A stretch of 61,918 bases of DNA, counting the filler, from Choristocarpus tenellus KU-1152 (taxonomy: Eukaryota > Protista > Phaeophyceae), in NCBI GenBank assembly GCA_964200185.2. It is 14 parts of 14 records of this genome, joined end to end, with 100 filler letters (N's around TTAATTAATTAA, not from the genome) between each part and the next. Parts side by side here need not be neighbours in the genome. Positions count along the whole stretch, not along the records: positions 23,258 to 27,599 come from CAXNAD020015021.1; positions 27,700 to 30,456 come from CAXNAD020025009.1; positions 30,557 to 35,413 come from CAXNAD020012768.1; positions 35,514 to 39,591 come from CAXNAD020016332.1; 10 more parts are not named here. The stretch is one strand, 5' to 3'. Shown here one piece after another: positions 24,919-36,157 of this stretch (positions within the stretch are counted from its first letter, which is position 1; every line of letters begins with the position of its first letter). Made by a program: the position numbers and the translations under genes. Under the pieces are notes generated by a model. That model saw only the letters and a program-made list of their open reading frames with translations, ran no database searches and was not told the DNA's origin.

Positions 24919-27453
24919 ATGTGTACCAAGAAAATGATAGTCTTGGCAACTGCTTTCTTGGCTCTGTTGCCGATGTACGTGAATGCTGCATCAGGGTGCG
25001 ACTCTTCTGTTCCCATAGATGTTCGCTTTGCGTCATCGACCAACCGAATATGTGAGTTTCCACGCCACCCGAAACACCTAACGATGCAATTTGGGGTCCT
25101 TCAGTTCAGAGCATATTCACATATTTCTCTTACGATCTTCTTCAAAGTGAGTCGATGTTAGAGATGAACCTCTGTGGTCCATACTGGACGAGTATGCTTT
25201 TGATCAGCAAGTCCTGATGTGTATTATTTTGGTTTTGGTTTGGTGCAGACTTCGAGCACTCTTCTGGCACAGCCACTGGTGGATGCGCCACCCTCACCAT
25301 GCTGTATGAATCACGCCTTGGCCCCAATGGCGCCCCGTCGGGGCCCATCTATGCCATGGACTCAAGCGACAACATCCTGACTGCCGCTGGCACTGCTCCC
25401 ACTGGGCGTTGGTTTATCGATGCGGATCTGTACGTCTTGGATGGCATTACCCTTGAGGTAAGTTCCCTTGTCGTGGTAGTATCATACTGGTTGGTATGGA
25501 ACGTTAACTTTACAAGCTTGCTGATGTAATTTTGACGTTAGCTCACTTCTTAACCTGGTGTGTCTACCTGGGAATGCCACCTGGGTCCACCTTGTAGATG
25601 TTCGTTGTTCGCCATGTGCACCGAATGATCGCACACAAACGTAAAATGACAAGTATTCATGCGGGTTCCTCAAACAGCCCAGTTGAGTAACAAACTTGTA
25701 TATTATGAGAGGGAGATTCAAGACTATTGTGAGATACCATGACCCATCTCCTACACAATTTTAGTCTTATATTCCCATCTTTTACCTTAGGTGATCAGCC
25801 TTGATAAAGGTGGAGATGCAGACACTCTGAGGATCGAGTCCACCTCCTCTGCTTTCCACAATCTTCGTGGGCATGGTGGAAGTCTGTACTTTGAGGGAAC
25901 AACGGTGAGGGTTTTCTTCATTATATGCTCCAAATGTTTATTGCTTGCCACATATGCATAGCTTGCCTGGTTATATTCCTGGAAGGTGTATGTACGTTTC
26001 AAACAGGATATATCCCAATGAACTGAACAATTGATGTTGAACTATTCACGTGAACTGAAATATTGTCACAATATCAGGTAACATCTTGGGACCCCTCTGC
26101 GGGTGGACCGAGGGAGGAATATGATGGGGGACGTTCATACATCAGCTGCATCAGTGAAGTCCTTGGCTTCGATGGTGGTTGCTCAGCTGGTGCTGCCAAA
26201 AACCAAATGGGTGAATGCCGAATGGTGGGTATCCCTTCTCATTTTTTTTTCATGGGTGTATTCAAAAGAGTATCTATCAATAGGAATAAGGGAAAGACAT
26301 CGCATGAAAAATCAAAGAGCTGAGGCCTTTCAAATATTTTCTACAACAATCTAACGCACGCCTCTCCACCACTGCTGACACTCTCAGGATATCCTATCTT
26401 CAGAGATGGGATACTTGGGATGGTTTGACTCTGAGTCTTACGGCCTCACCTGGAAGGTATGTGTGTCATCCTAAGAAACGTGTTACAAACTTTAATAACA
26501 ATATCCACAAATTTATGTGGTTGTACTATGTCCATACTTGCTTCACAGTTTATTTTTGCTGCAACTCTTGTCCTGTAGTACAAACCCTCTTGTCACTATG
26601 TCCACATTTCTTCTAAAATGTTGCATTCATTCTTCTCGATATTTCAGGTTCGTGGACTCTGTGTTGACCTGAGCAATGTAGAGCTGTTCGATGACGTCAA
26701 TGTATATGGTGACATTAAGGACTCTGACATCCACCACATGTGTGAGTATCAATGTGTTGGTCATAAGCATAAAGTTTGTTTGCATGCAGTGCATGGGTTC
26801 TGATGAACTGCGGTACAAAACCTTTTTTTTTACAGTAGTACCATATTGCTGCCTACTGACAACAACCGTGTCATTATGTTGCAGACTATGGCATGTATTC
26901 CTATGGGCACCAGGGAGGCGTCTGGACCAACAACAAAATGCACGGTGAGAAAGAATTGTAGCAACAACTATGTAAGAGCTGGGAGTTCACAAGAGTTAGT
27001 GGTCCAAGTAGACCCACTTGCATTTTCTTTTCCCCCTAATATAGTGAAACTCTTGGTACATATCTTGTTAAATTTTTGTTGCTGCAGGTTGATTAAACCC
27101 CATATATACCGTTCATGATTGTCTATTTTCTATTTTCCTAGTCTTTTGCTGATGCTACCTCTTCCGATTCGATATGAAGCGCTGCTTTTGCTAATGACGC
27201 TTTGCTCGACCCAATGTGCCCCCCACCACTTTCTTGCTTACAGACAACGTTGAGTATGGATTTGACCCCCATGACGACAGTGACCTCCTCACAATCTCGG
27301 ACAACGAAGTGTATAACAATGGCAACCATGGTATCATTGCCTCCAAGCGTTGCAATGGTGCTACCATCACCAACAACTATGTACATGATGGCACTGGGCT
27401 TATCGCTGCTGGTATCTTCCTTCACCGTAGCAGTGATGACGCTGTTGTCAGTG
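24919..27453 (+). CDS. Mannuronan C-5-epimerase (brown-algal alginate epimerase, AlgG-related beta-helix); 3' truncated by the contig end
   Basis: Signal-peptide exon 24919-25051, then in-phase exons 25249-25457, 25791-25904 (HNLRGHGGSLYF), 26078-26224 (VTSWD...GRSYISCISE...MGECRM), 26388-26456 (DILSSEMGYLGWFDSESYGLTWK), 26648-26741, 26885-26944 (YYGMYSYGHQGGVWTNNKMH) and 27244-27453 (YGFDPHDDSD catalytic motif, NHGIIASKRC, GIFLHRSSD). Confidence 0.95.
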
Positions 27454-27464
27454 GTAAGTTGATT

Positions 27465-27599
27465 GTTGACATTGCATAGTGGCAATGCTCTTTCTTGACA
27501 CTGCATAGTGGCAATGCTCTTTCTTGACACTGCATAGTGGCAATGCTCTTTCTTGACACTGCATAGTGGCAATGCTCTTTCTTGACACTGCATAGTGGC
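27465..27599. repeat. 29-bp minisatellite (>=4.5 copies, runs into the gap)
   Basis: Unit ttgacactgcatagtggcaatgctctttc starts ~12 nt after the epimerase exon-8 donor. Confidence 0.93.
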
Positions 27600-28192
27600 N
27601 NNNNNNNNNNNNNNNNNNNNNNNNNNNNNNNNNNNNNNNNNNNTTAATTAATTAANNNNNNNNNNNNNNNNNNNNNNNNNNNNNNNNNNNNNNNNNNNNG
27701 AAAACACCACCCCTTCTTTCAAAAACACCCCCCCCAACCCCCAAACTTTTTCCCAAAGCCCCCCCCCCCCCCCCCCCCCCCTCACCTTCCCACCAACAAA
27801 CAATACACTTCCCTCCACCCAATCGCAACATCCCATCAAGCTGCTCCTGGCACTACAGAGCACCAGTCCAACATGACAACTCTACCCTCCTCAATACAGT
27901 ACAAAATAAATAAGCCCCTTTTGCCAGCGATAAACCACTCCTCTCCTTCCCAACCAAATAATACCAAAAAAAGAAATACATACAGAATAGCTAAAAATAC
28001 AAGTCCATACAAAGGTATACCCTCATCCCGTCAGTGGCATAACTGTGAAACACGCGCCCAGAGCAGACCCCACCCAATCCCGCCTGCCCCTGCCCTAGCA
28101 TCCCCGCTGCATTCCCCTTCCCCCCACCCGGCCCATTCCCCACAAAGGAGCAAAAAGGACTTGACTTCCGCAACAAGTGACATAGCACTAAC

Positions 28193-28665
28193 CTTGGTGT
28201 TCTTCCTGGTGTCCAGAGCAGAAATAACCACTCCATAAGCTCCGTGCCCAACAGGTTTCTTATACTGATAGTAGTTATCCACCTCGAAGAAGGTATCCCA
28301 TGCCGACACCATTCTGAAAAAAATAATATGTATATATAAAATTATATATATATACTCAAAAAAGAGCGTACAAACGTAAAATAATAAAAATATACAATTA
28401 AAAGTGCACCCCTAAAAAAAAGAAAAAATACAACACATTTGAACACAGAACGAACCGTACACGAGGCAAAAAAATATGAAAAAACACACACAAGCACAAT
28501 CGCACACACAACTTTAAAAGAAAAAAAAGAAAATAAAAGATGGAAACAGAAACACTGCAAGGAACCGAAAAGAGCGACTCGAGACACTAATTATTTACTC
28601 TCCCTACAGGAAAAAACTAAGAAATTACCCAGAGACCTGCAGCAGAACACAAGATACATAATATA

Positions 28666-28703
<38 letters not shown>

Positions 28704-29268
28704 CAACACAAGACTACGCAAGCCTATCCATCTAAACCCCCCTCATTACTGTTTTGTTTTTATTACCCTGGGCACGTCTATTAGAACACCAGGCTTACTT
28801 TTCCTCACTTTTAAAATAAACAAATAAAAAAGAACCGATGAAAACTGCTCTACAGAGTTGTTTACTCGCTCTCCAAAAAACAAATAAAAGTAAAAATGCC
28901 TATCGAACGCACGTGGTGCGAGGATTAAAAATAAATAAAAGTAAAAATGTGTATCAAACGCACGTGGTGCAAGAATTAAAAAATAATAAATAAATAAAAT
29001 TAGTTCTAGAGAATCGATGCCTACTTTTTTTTATCTTTTTGCCCTCTGAGAATCTGCTACCCCTCAAAAACATTTCTTAAAAAAATTAAACATTCAAAAT
29101 ATTAAAAATAAGATCAAGAGCGCGTGCCCTCCCCACTGCGCCACACCATCGCCTTCCAAGAAATAGAAAAAAAGCATGTGGAGATTTAAAAAATAAGACA
29201 AGTACAAGAACTCACTGGGTGCCCTTCCTCTTGGGTAACACAATCAACGCCTCCTTGAGCTGATTCAC
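28193..29268 (-). CDS. Mitogen-activated protein kinase, N-terminal exons (partial)
   Basis: Exons 29268-29216 (VNQLKEALIVLPKRKGT) and 28313-28193 (QMVSAWDTFFEVDNYYQYKKPVGHGAYGVVISALDTRKNTK|gttagt) join in phase. G-loop GHGAYGVV.SA.D and F.V..Y are typical of ERK-type MAPKs. Confidence 0.85.
28882..28983. repeat. ~51-bp direct repeat x2 in the MAPK intron
   Basis: aaataaaagtaaaaatg--tatc-aacgcacgtggtgc-ag-attaaaaa occurs twice. Confidence 0.75.
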
Positions 29269-29875
29269 CTGTATTGTTTTTTTTTAAGAGGAGAAATTCA
29301 ATACACACACAAAGAGAAACAGGTAGGGGTATAGTTCTTTTTTTAAAAAGAAGTCAAACTCGTGAGTCTTCATCAAAGCTTATTCCTTTACAACATTTTT
29401 CGTAACACACATATATATTAATTGATACTCACACCACTTAATGATAGTAACAATCAACACCAACATACCAACAGTACAGCCTTCTTCCAGCAATCTCAAC
29501 TGTCCCTGCCTAGTCCTAAAACAAAAAAAGAGTTAAATATATATGTTCATAGTCAGTCACCCATCATTTCACCTGGTCATTGTTCTCCACCTCTTTGTAC
29601 CCCCAGCACATTTCTGATCTTACACAAACACCTCTCCTCTCGCCTCCCCAAATATACCAACTCCATGCAACATGCACAACAAAAAGGTACACTCAACAAG
29701 TCCGTTTCAGTTCAGACACAAAAGAGTTAACAGCACCGAGCTGCAAAAATTCAACTAAAACATTAAGATTCCAATGATTGGAATCACTTACCTAATTACA
29801 CCTTGAGTACAATACCTGCACAGATGATACACTAACCCCTCCCTCCCCCCCTCCCCCAACACACACCGCCCCCAT

Positions 29876-30190
29876 AACTACACACTTGGTCCAATATACA
29901 ATACACAGATAACTACACACTAGGTCCAATATACAATACACAGATAACTACACACTAGGTCCAATATACAATACACAGACAACTACACACTAGGTCCAAT
30001 ATACAATACACAGATAACTACACACTAGGTCCAATATACAATACACAGATAACTACACACTAGGTCCAACATACAATACACAGACAACTACACACTAGGT
30101 CCAATATACAATACACAGACAACTACACACTAGGTCCAATATACAATACACAGACAACTACACACTAGGTTCAATATACAATACACAGAC
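29876..30190. repeat. 35-bp minisatellite, ~9 copies
   Basis: Unit aactacacactaggtccaatatacaatacacaga(t/c), head-to-tail with no spacers. Confidence 0.95.
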
Positions 30191-30904
30191 ATCATACATT
30201 ATTAAGCGCCGAATTTTAAAAGGGGTGGACACACAAAAAAAAAACAGACGAAAAAAAAAGAAATATCAAATCTCTCATTCAAATCGCTGGAGTCGCGTTT
30301 GGAAACATCACACCCCCAGTGAGTGTGCAGTGGACAGAGACTCTAGTCACACCTCAAAACCCCTCTATGAAAAGAGAACAAAAAGTGTCCAGCCATTGAT
30401 CCAGGGGGCTGGCCTTAACCTCCCCCCCCCATACCCCCATACCCTCCCACCCCCCANNNNNNNNNNNNNNNNNNNNNNNNNNNNNNNNNNNNNNNNNNNN
30501 TTAATTAATTAANNNNNNNNNNNNNNNNNNNNNNNNNNNNNNNNNNNNNNNNNNNNCAAAAATCGCGACATACAAAAATTGAACCCAAATGGACAGCCGC
30601 CACCCCCCTCCCAGATACTTTGAGCCTTGGTTAGATATCTATATTCGCTTTCTACAAATGGTTCCTGAAATTCTTTGGTAGTGGGGCCCACACTTTGAGG
30701 TTAGTAGAGTAGGAATCTGGGAAATACAAAGTCGTTGGACACATATCTCAGTCCTCAGTGAGCGGTGGCTGCATTCGTAGAAAGAAAGTTTTACATCATA
30801 GTAGTTTGCGTTCAATCCTTCAATTATGACTTGAAAACAATAGGTGTTATTCATACCTATACAAATTATTCAGGAATATTGATTAAATACCATAGGAGCA
30901 CTCA

Positions 30905-31162
30905 GAGCCAAAGTATCTTAGAGGGTAGAGCCGCGTCCATTTGGGGGCCAAAATCCAATGTTGCGATTTTGATGTAATTTCGACTATCGTGTTTGTTAGG
31001 AAGTGTCAATATCCATGTTCCGGACAAGTTTTCGTAACATGTACAATTTACCTGCTCCTAAACATTTTGGAGTAGGAAAAATGTCATAAAAGAACCTACG
31101 GGAAGTCAAGCCCCAAATAGACAAAAAGGGCAAAACTCGTACCCTCTAAGATAATTTCACTC
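30905..31162. mobile_element. MITE family A
   Basis: GAGCCAAAGTATCTTAGAGGGTA...TACCCTCTAAGATAATTTCACTC; flanks CTCA/TTCA. Confidence 0.85.
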
Positions 31163-31825
31163 TTCACTCGTTGAAGGGATCCTTCATTTGTTTATCTGTG
31201 TGCTGCTCATCTTGACGCTTTGCATTATGGTTGATCTAGAAGTATTTCCCCTTACATTCACATGAATGGCCAAATTGTAAACTAAGCTGGTCATTTACTT
31301 AAAATGTTTTTTGGTACAATTTCAAATATAATATAAATGTCTTAGTGTTTGTTCTTTCACGATTCTCATTACCTAGCAACTTCTTTAAGGTAAAAAAAAC
31401 CAGGGCAAAATATTTAGGTTAAAGTGGTGCACAGACAATCATTGCCAAAGCACCCAAGAAGTAACCAGGTTTCGCCCGTTTTTTAATTTTAGCCCAGTTT
31501 TTCAATGTTTAGAATTCCACCCATTTTTCTATGGATGGAGTTCTAAGGTTGACTTGAGAACGTTGATCTCTTCATTGCTTGGAAATTTTTAACAGAAATC
31601 AGAAAAATACCCATACTCAATTGAAAAAAAAAAGAATTTTGTACATTTTCCCCAGCATCTTTAAAATTCAACTCTGAGTATCTTTCCTTTACTTGGACTT
31701 TCATATTTTACGCTTTAATGCATACTTTGAAGTGTATTACAATTATCTTTAGGTTCTAGTCCAGAAATCCTCAATGTTCTCGCAACTCACTCATTTCACC
31801 TCCTCTTCCCTCCTTATATTCCTTG

Positions 31826-32083
31826 GAGCAAAGTATCTTAGAGGGTAGAGCCACGTCCGTTTGGGGGCCAAAATCCAAAGTCGCGATTTTGATGTAATTT
31901 GGGCTATCATGTCTGTTAGGAAGTGTCAATAACCTTGTTCCGGACACGCCTTGTCATAATGTATACATTTTACCTACTCCGATACATTTCAGAGTAGGAA
32001 AATGTCATAAAAAAAAACGCGGGAAGCTAAGCTCCAAACAGACAAACAGGGAAAAACTTGTACCCTCTAAGATACTTTCACTC
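31826..32083. mobile_element. MITE family A, 10 bp from a dynein splice donor
   Basis: Same TIRs; flanks TTG(G)/TTGG. Confidence 0.85.
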
Positions 32084-32093
32084 TTGGTCTCAC

Positions 32094-35000
32094 CAGCGTC
32101 CTGTTTTGCTTGTTCCATCGTGCACCCTCTAAGAAAAGTCCATGGATGAATACCCCATCCTCTGGCCTGGAGGTGATCTTTTGCAGAGGCTCGTCTTTCA
32201 GGTGGAATGAGAAAGACATGGAATCAATTGGCACCCCATGCTTCCTAGCAAAATTCTGTTGCCCTGCAGTTAGGAAACCCTGTGGGAAGAAGAAACCGCT
32301 GATCCAAAAGACCTAAAGTACAATGCATTGTTTGAGATGTTTTGTAAAGGATGATAGAACACTCCAGCTCTTGAGATAGATTGTGAAGGGGGAGTAGTAG
32401 AAAAACGTATACTTGCTGCACCTACCTTGGTTGCCGGTGAGTGTCAAAAGGGACTGACTATTGCCATATATGGAGACACCTTTGCTACTATCCTAATCCA
32501 AAAACATATGCATGAGGTGCAGAAGAAAGGACGTTGAGATCTCTGAGCCGGATGAGCGGTTGGTTTGAAACATGCTCGGGGGAACTGAGTTGAAAAGACC
32601 ACAGCACCTTCCTGGGAAGTACCTGTGGTATTCCTTCATTGATCCATTGGTTCATGAACTTCAACCTTTCAAGTAGATCCTTATACCACGGTCCCAGTGG
32701 TTTGAGGCTGGGATAGCCCTTGGATTGCCACACCTCAGGGACAGCCTGATCAAACATGCTGAAATACTCATTGGAAGGTCGATGTTTAAATGCAAAGCAG
32801 AGCGCCATCCAAGCAATGTCCCGCCAAGAGTAAAAGGTGGAGGGGGTTAGAGGGTGTGAAGTCGGTGTGGGGGGCTTAGTGAGGAGGGCAGTGCTGTGCA
32901 CAAGAATATTGCTCGCATAGAAGGTACCAATCCAGCCGAGGAGGAACCATGTGACTAGTTTTTTCAAGAGTATTGCGCATAAATGTTTTTGGTAGGTTCA
33001 GGGTTTTCTTCAAGTGACTTGCTTTGAGCATAGCATTCACCTTCATAATCTAGATTGGGAAATTGTGCTAGCCACATGATCATATGGACTTTATTGGCAA
33101 AACACCTCAAGAGGAACTCATGTGTGAGATGTGATGAAGGATGTCCTTGTACCTCACGTTTCTAGACATTTGCTCACAGTACACTCATCTTTCACATGTT
33201 GTACTATTCCATCTTTATTCAAGCTTCTTTCAGAGGACTCCTTCTTGGTATCTGACTCAGGGAATTTCGCTAGTTGTATTACATCATTATACTCTGGAGC
33301 ACAAAATGTGGTGTTGCAATGCAAGCCTTCAAGAGCTAATGCATAATTTCTGCATCATATTGATGTGCCCAATTTTTTCTCTTGAGTAGCAGAGGAGCCC
33401 TATCTTTGATGCACAAGTAGTAACTCCTCGAAGAATGAATCAAGAAGATGGGGTAGTACTCTGTATGCTGGGTGTTGGAATCCACGGTACATGTGCAGAA
33501 GGTTGGAAGTAGTTGCTGCATGGGAGAGGTCTGAGTGTACAAGACATTTTGAAGTTGTAAGACATACCGCTATGAGTTCACTCTGCCTGAGACTCTCACC
33601 CTCCGAGCTGAACTCATACTGAGTCATTGCATCTTAGAGGAGGATCTACTTTAGCCCTTTTGAGTAATTAGAGCATTTAAATCTTCTGCCAGACACCCAA
33701 TCTCTGACATTCAATTTGCTATTTCTGAAATGCAACTAACCCCGTGTAGGAGATTCTGAATGTGTGTGTGTCTACATAGGTGCAAACTCCTGTCCCCCCG
33801 AGTGCTAGAAGCACATGCATCAGGAGGTAGTCACATGGAACCCAAATACTCAACGACACCACCCTCTAAGGTAGAATGATTCGCTTTCGCTTGTCCAGTT
33901 TTCACCTGTTACCCATTTTCTCAAGCTCAGCACTCAAGACAACCAGTCCCTTCAGCGCCTTCTGGACCTATAAAGGAATACCAATTTGGAGCAGAATTTG
34001 TGTTCAGGACAGAGCTACTAAGGTGATATGTTACTGTCACGTTCAGGAAAGAACGCAGTACATCTCCATTGAGTGCATTGTCTACTGCCCCGTACATAGG
34101 TACTAGTAGCAGCAGCAATATGCCAAGTAGAAATAGGCAATACAGTGAGGAGTGTGAGCTCCCGGTGCTTATCTAGTCTCCCAAAAAAGTGTGACAATTC
34201 ATTCTCTTCTCCGTAGATTGTACAATGGATTACTCAATGTATTTTAAGCTGCTGATATATACACAGGACCACAAGGAGTAAAGGCTCATCATAGGATCTT
34301 GTGATGTTTGGCGACATCAAAGATCTCTCATCCTAGCTACTGGGTAAAATTGCAAATGCCTGAGTTTCCTTTGGCTACCCCTGTTTTATTTTCTAAGAGT
34401 TGATTTTTTCTCAATCTCGTATTTCTTTGTTTGCCATGTGTTTTGCAGTATTTGTATCCTTTCAAGTGCAGTATAACATCGTCCCATCCATTTTAAAGCA
34501 GAGGTAAAGGATTCTTCAGACAGATGTCAAGATGTTTATGACTATATTTTGACTAATGATAATATTACACATATTCCTGGAACACAAGGCCACAGGGTGC
34601 TATCATCAAAGTGGGATCACACCTCCTTGAGAGTCCTTCGCATTATTTCTGTAAGATTATTGTAGCGCAGGAGCTCCTGGACCAAAACCGTGTTCATGCT
34701 TTCGTGGTAATTTGTTGGATACGCCATGCCCACTGCCTCAATATCAAAGGCCACAGGTAGGCTATACATTATCGGAAGGTTGGGGGGGCAAGGCAGACAT
34801 TGGAGCATTACAATCAGAATTAACTAAATTCGTTCCCATTTTTTCGGTGGATGGACATGTTGATAATCCTTATTGTTTATCAATTCTCCTACATGCAGTC
34901 CTTGTAGCTTTCGCTTCTCCATATATGTGTACACATTGCTCATGAGTTTGCTCATGAGTCAAAATTGGGGTATTGCTTTGATTCTATTGATCTATTTTTT

Positions 35001-35337
35001 TCTCTATTCTCAAGGCCTGTTTCGAATCTTTTGAAATGAGTATAGATGCCTATCATCCAAAGCTGATGAGGGAAATTCTGAAAGAATATTGGATTGACTG
35101 GGTACATGACATTACTGGTAATGAAACATATGATCTCTCCTCATGTACCTCAGCTGCCGGTGCCTCCTGGTCCCCTCACCGTTCTTCCATATCTTCAGCA
35201 ATTCGACCAATCTGATCCTCCCTGGACACTCCCCCACCACTTCCTGTCCTAGGCTGCATGGATAGTATGATTGAAAAGTTCGCCTCAGTCTCTGCAATAG
35301 CACATGAGATGCTTGCATTCTCATGCATGCCAAACAC
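32094..35337 (-). CDS. Axonemal dynein heavy chain (inner-arm type), C-terminal domain exons; partial
   Basis: In-phase exons 35337-35180 (VFGMHENASIS...ILSMQPRTGSGGG), 34761-34623 (YPTNYHESMNTVLVQELLRYNNL), 33967-33906 (VQKALKGLVVLSAELE), 32758-32623 (VPEVWQSKGYPSLKPLGPWYKDLLERLKF) and 32312-32094 (VFWISGFFFPQGFLT..QNFARK..VPID...GVFIHGLFLEGARWN). Confidence 0.95.
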
Positions 35338-35373
35338 CTGTGCATTACAGGGTAGTTTTGAGCGTTCACATAA

Positions 35374-35413
35374 GAGCCTAAGTATCTTAGAGGGTAGAGC
35401 CGCGTCCATTTGG
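35374..35413. mobile_element. MITE family A, partial (contig end)
   Basis: gagcctaagtatcttagagggtagagccgcgtccatttgg, then the gap. Confidence 0.75.
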
Positions 35414-35734
35414 NNNNNNNNNNNNNNNNNNNNNNNNNNNNNNNNNNNNNNNNNNNNTTAATTAATTAANNNNNNNNNNNNNNNNNNNNNNNNNNNNNNN
35501 NNNNNNNNNNNNNTATTCTATACACGCGCCCCTTCAGCGTCCTCCCCAGCGTCCGGCCTTTTTTTTTTGCTTTTCACCTTTTTTTTTTTTGAAGAAAGAC
35601 CGGTCATATTGGAGTTCGAACCACGGATTGTAGGTCACCAAGAGTGGCAACAGATGCACTATTACTTGATTAAAGTATAGGGTTTAGGTGGTAAAAAAGT
35701 CTCCCCACCCTTTATTCCTGTGCGTTCGCGAACC

Positions 35735-36157
35735 TGTGCAATATAAGCTGGTAGTATATATGAATTATAGGTGTTTAGTGACCACGAATAGACAACAGGA
35801 ATGTTGACTAAGTGGTACACATGTCATTGACTTGTATTCGTGTGCTTAAAGTAATGGTTGTGAATTTCACATCATGAATTTCTTATTACTTAATGTAAAT
35901 GGACTGATAGAGGAGTTCTGACATAGTACTAGCTACACAGGATACAGGATAACTGACATAGCATGATGTAACGGCAGGACGCGTTTTGATGTGTCAGCTG
36001 ATGTGTCAGCTGATGTGTCAGCTGATATATGTAATAAACAATAAGATAATAAGAGAGAGCACCCCCCCCACCACCGAGGGCAGTGCTCACTCCGCTAATA
36101 AACACATTCATGCCACACAAAGCAAAATACTCTACTTTAGTAGCTCTCTTTTGCAAA
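35735..36157 (+). mobile_element. Solo LTR of the Copia family seen at 46899-47301
   Basis: ~420 bp, closely similar to the LTR at 46899. Starts TGTGCAATAT, ends ...TTTTGCAAA(GA), and is flanked by direct repeat GAACC (35730-35734 / 36158-36162). Confidence 0.85.

Noticed and set aside
29876-30190. 35-bp repeats (also the 29-bp and 54-bp arrays) as a CRISPR array
   Set aside because: Units are head-to-tail with no unique spacers, there are no cas genes, and the context is eukaryotic.
35595-35660. tRNA or SINE suggested by a GGTTCGAACTCC B-box-like motif on the minus strand
   Set aside because: No cloverleaf, no A-box, and the T-stem does not pair.
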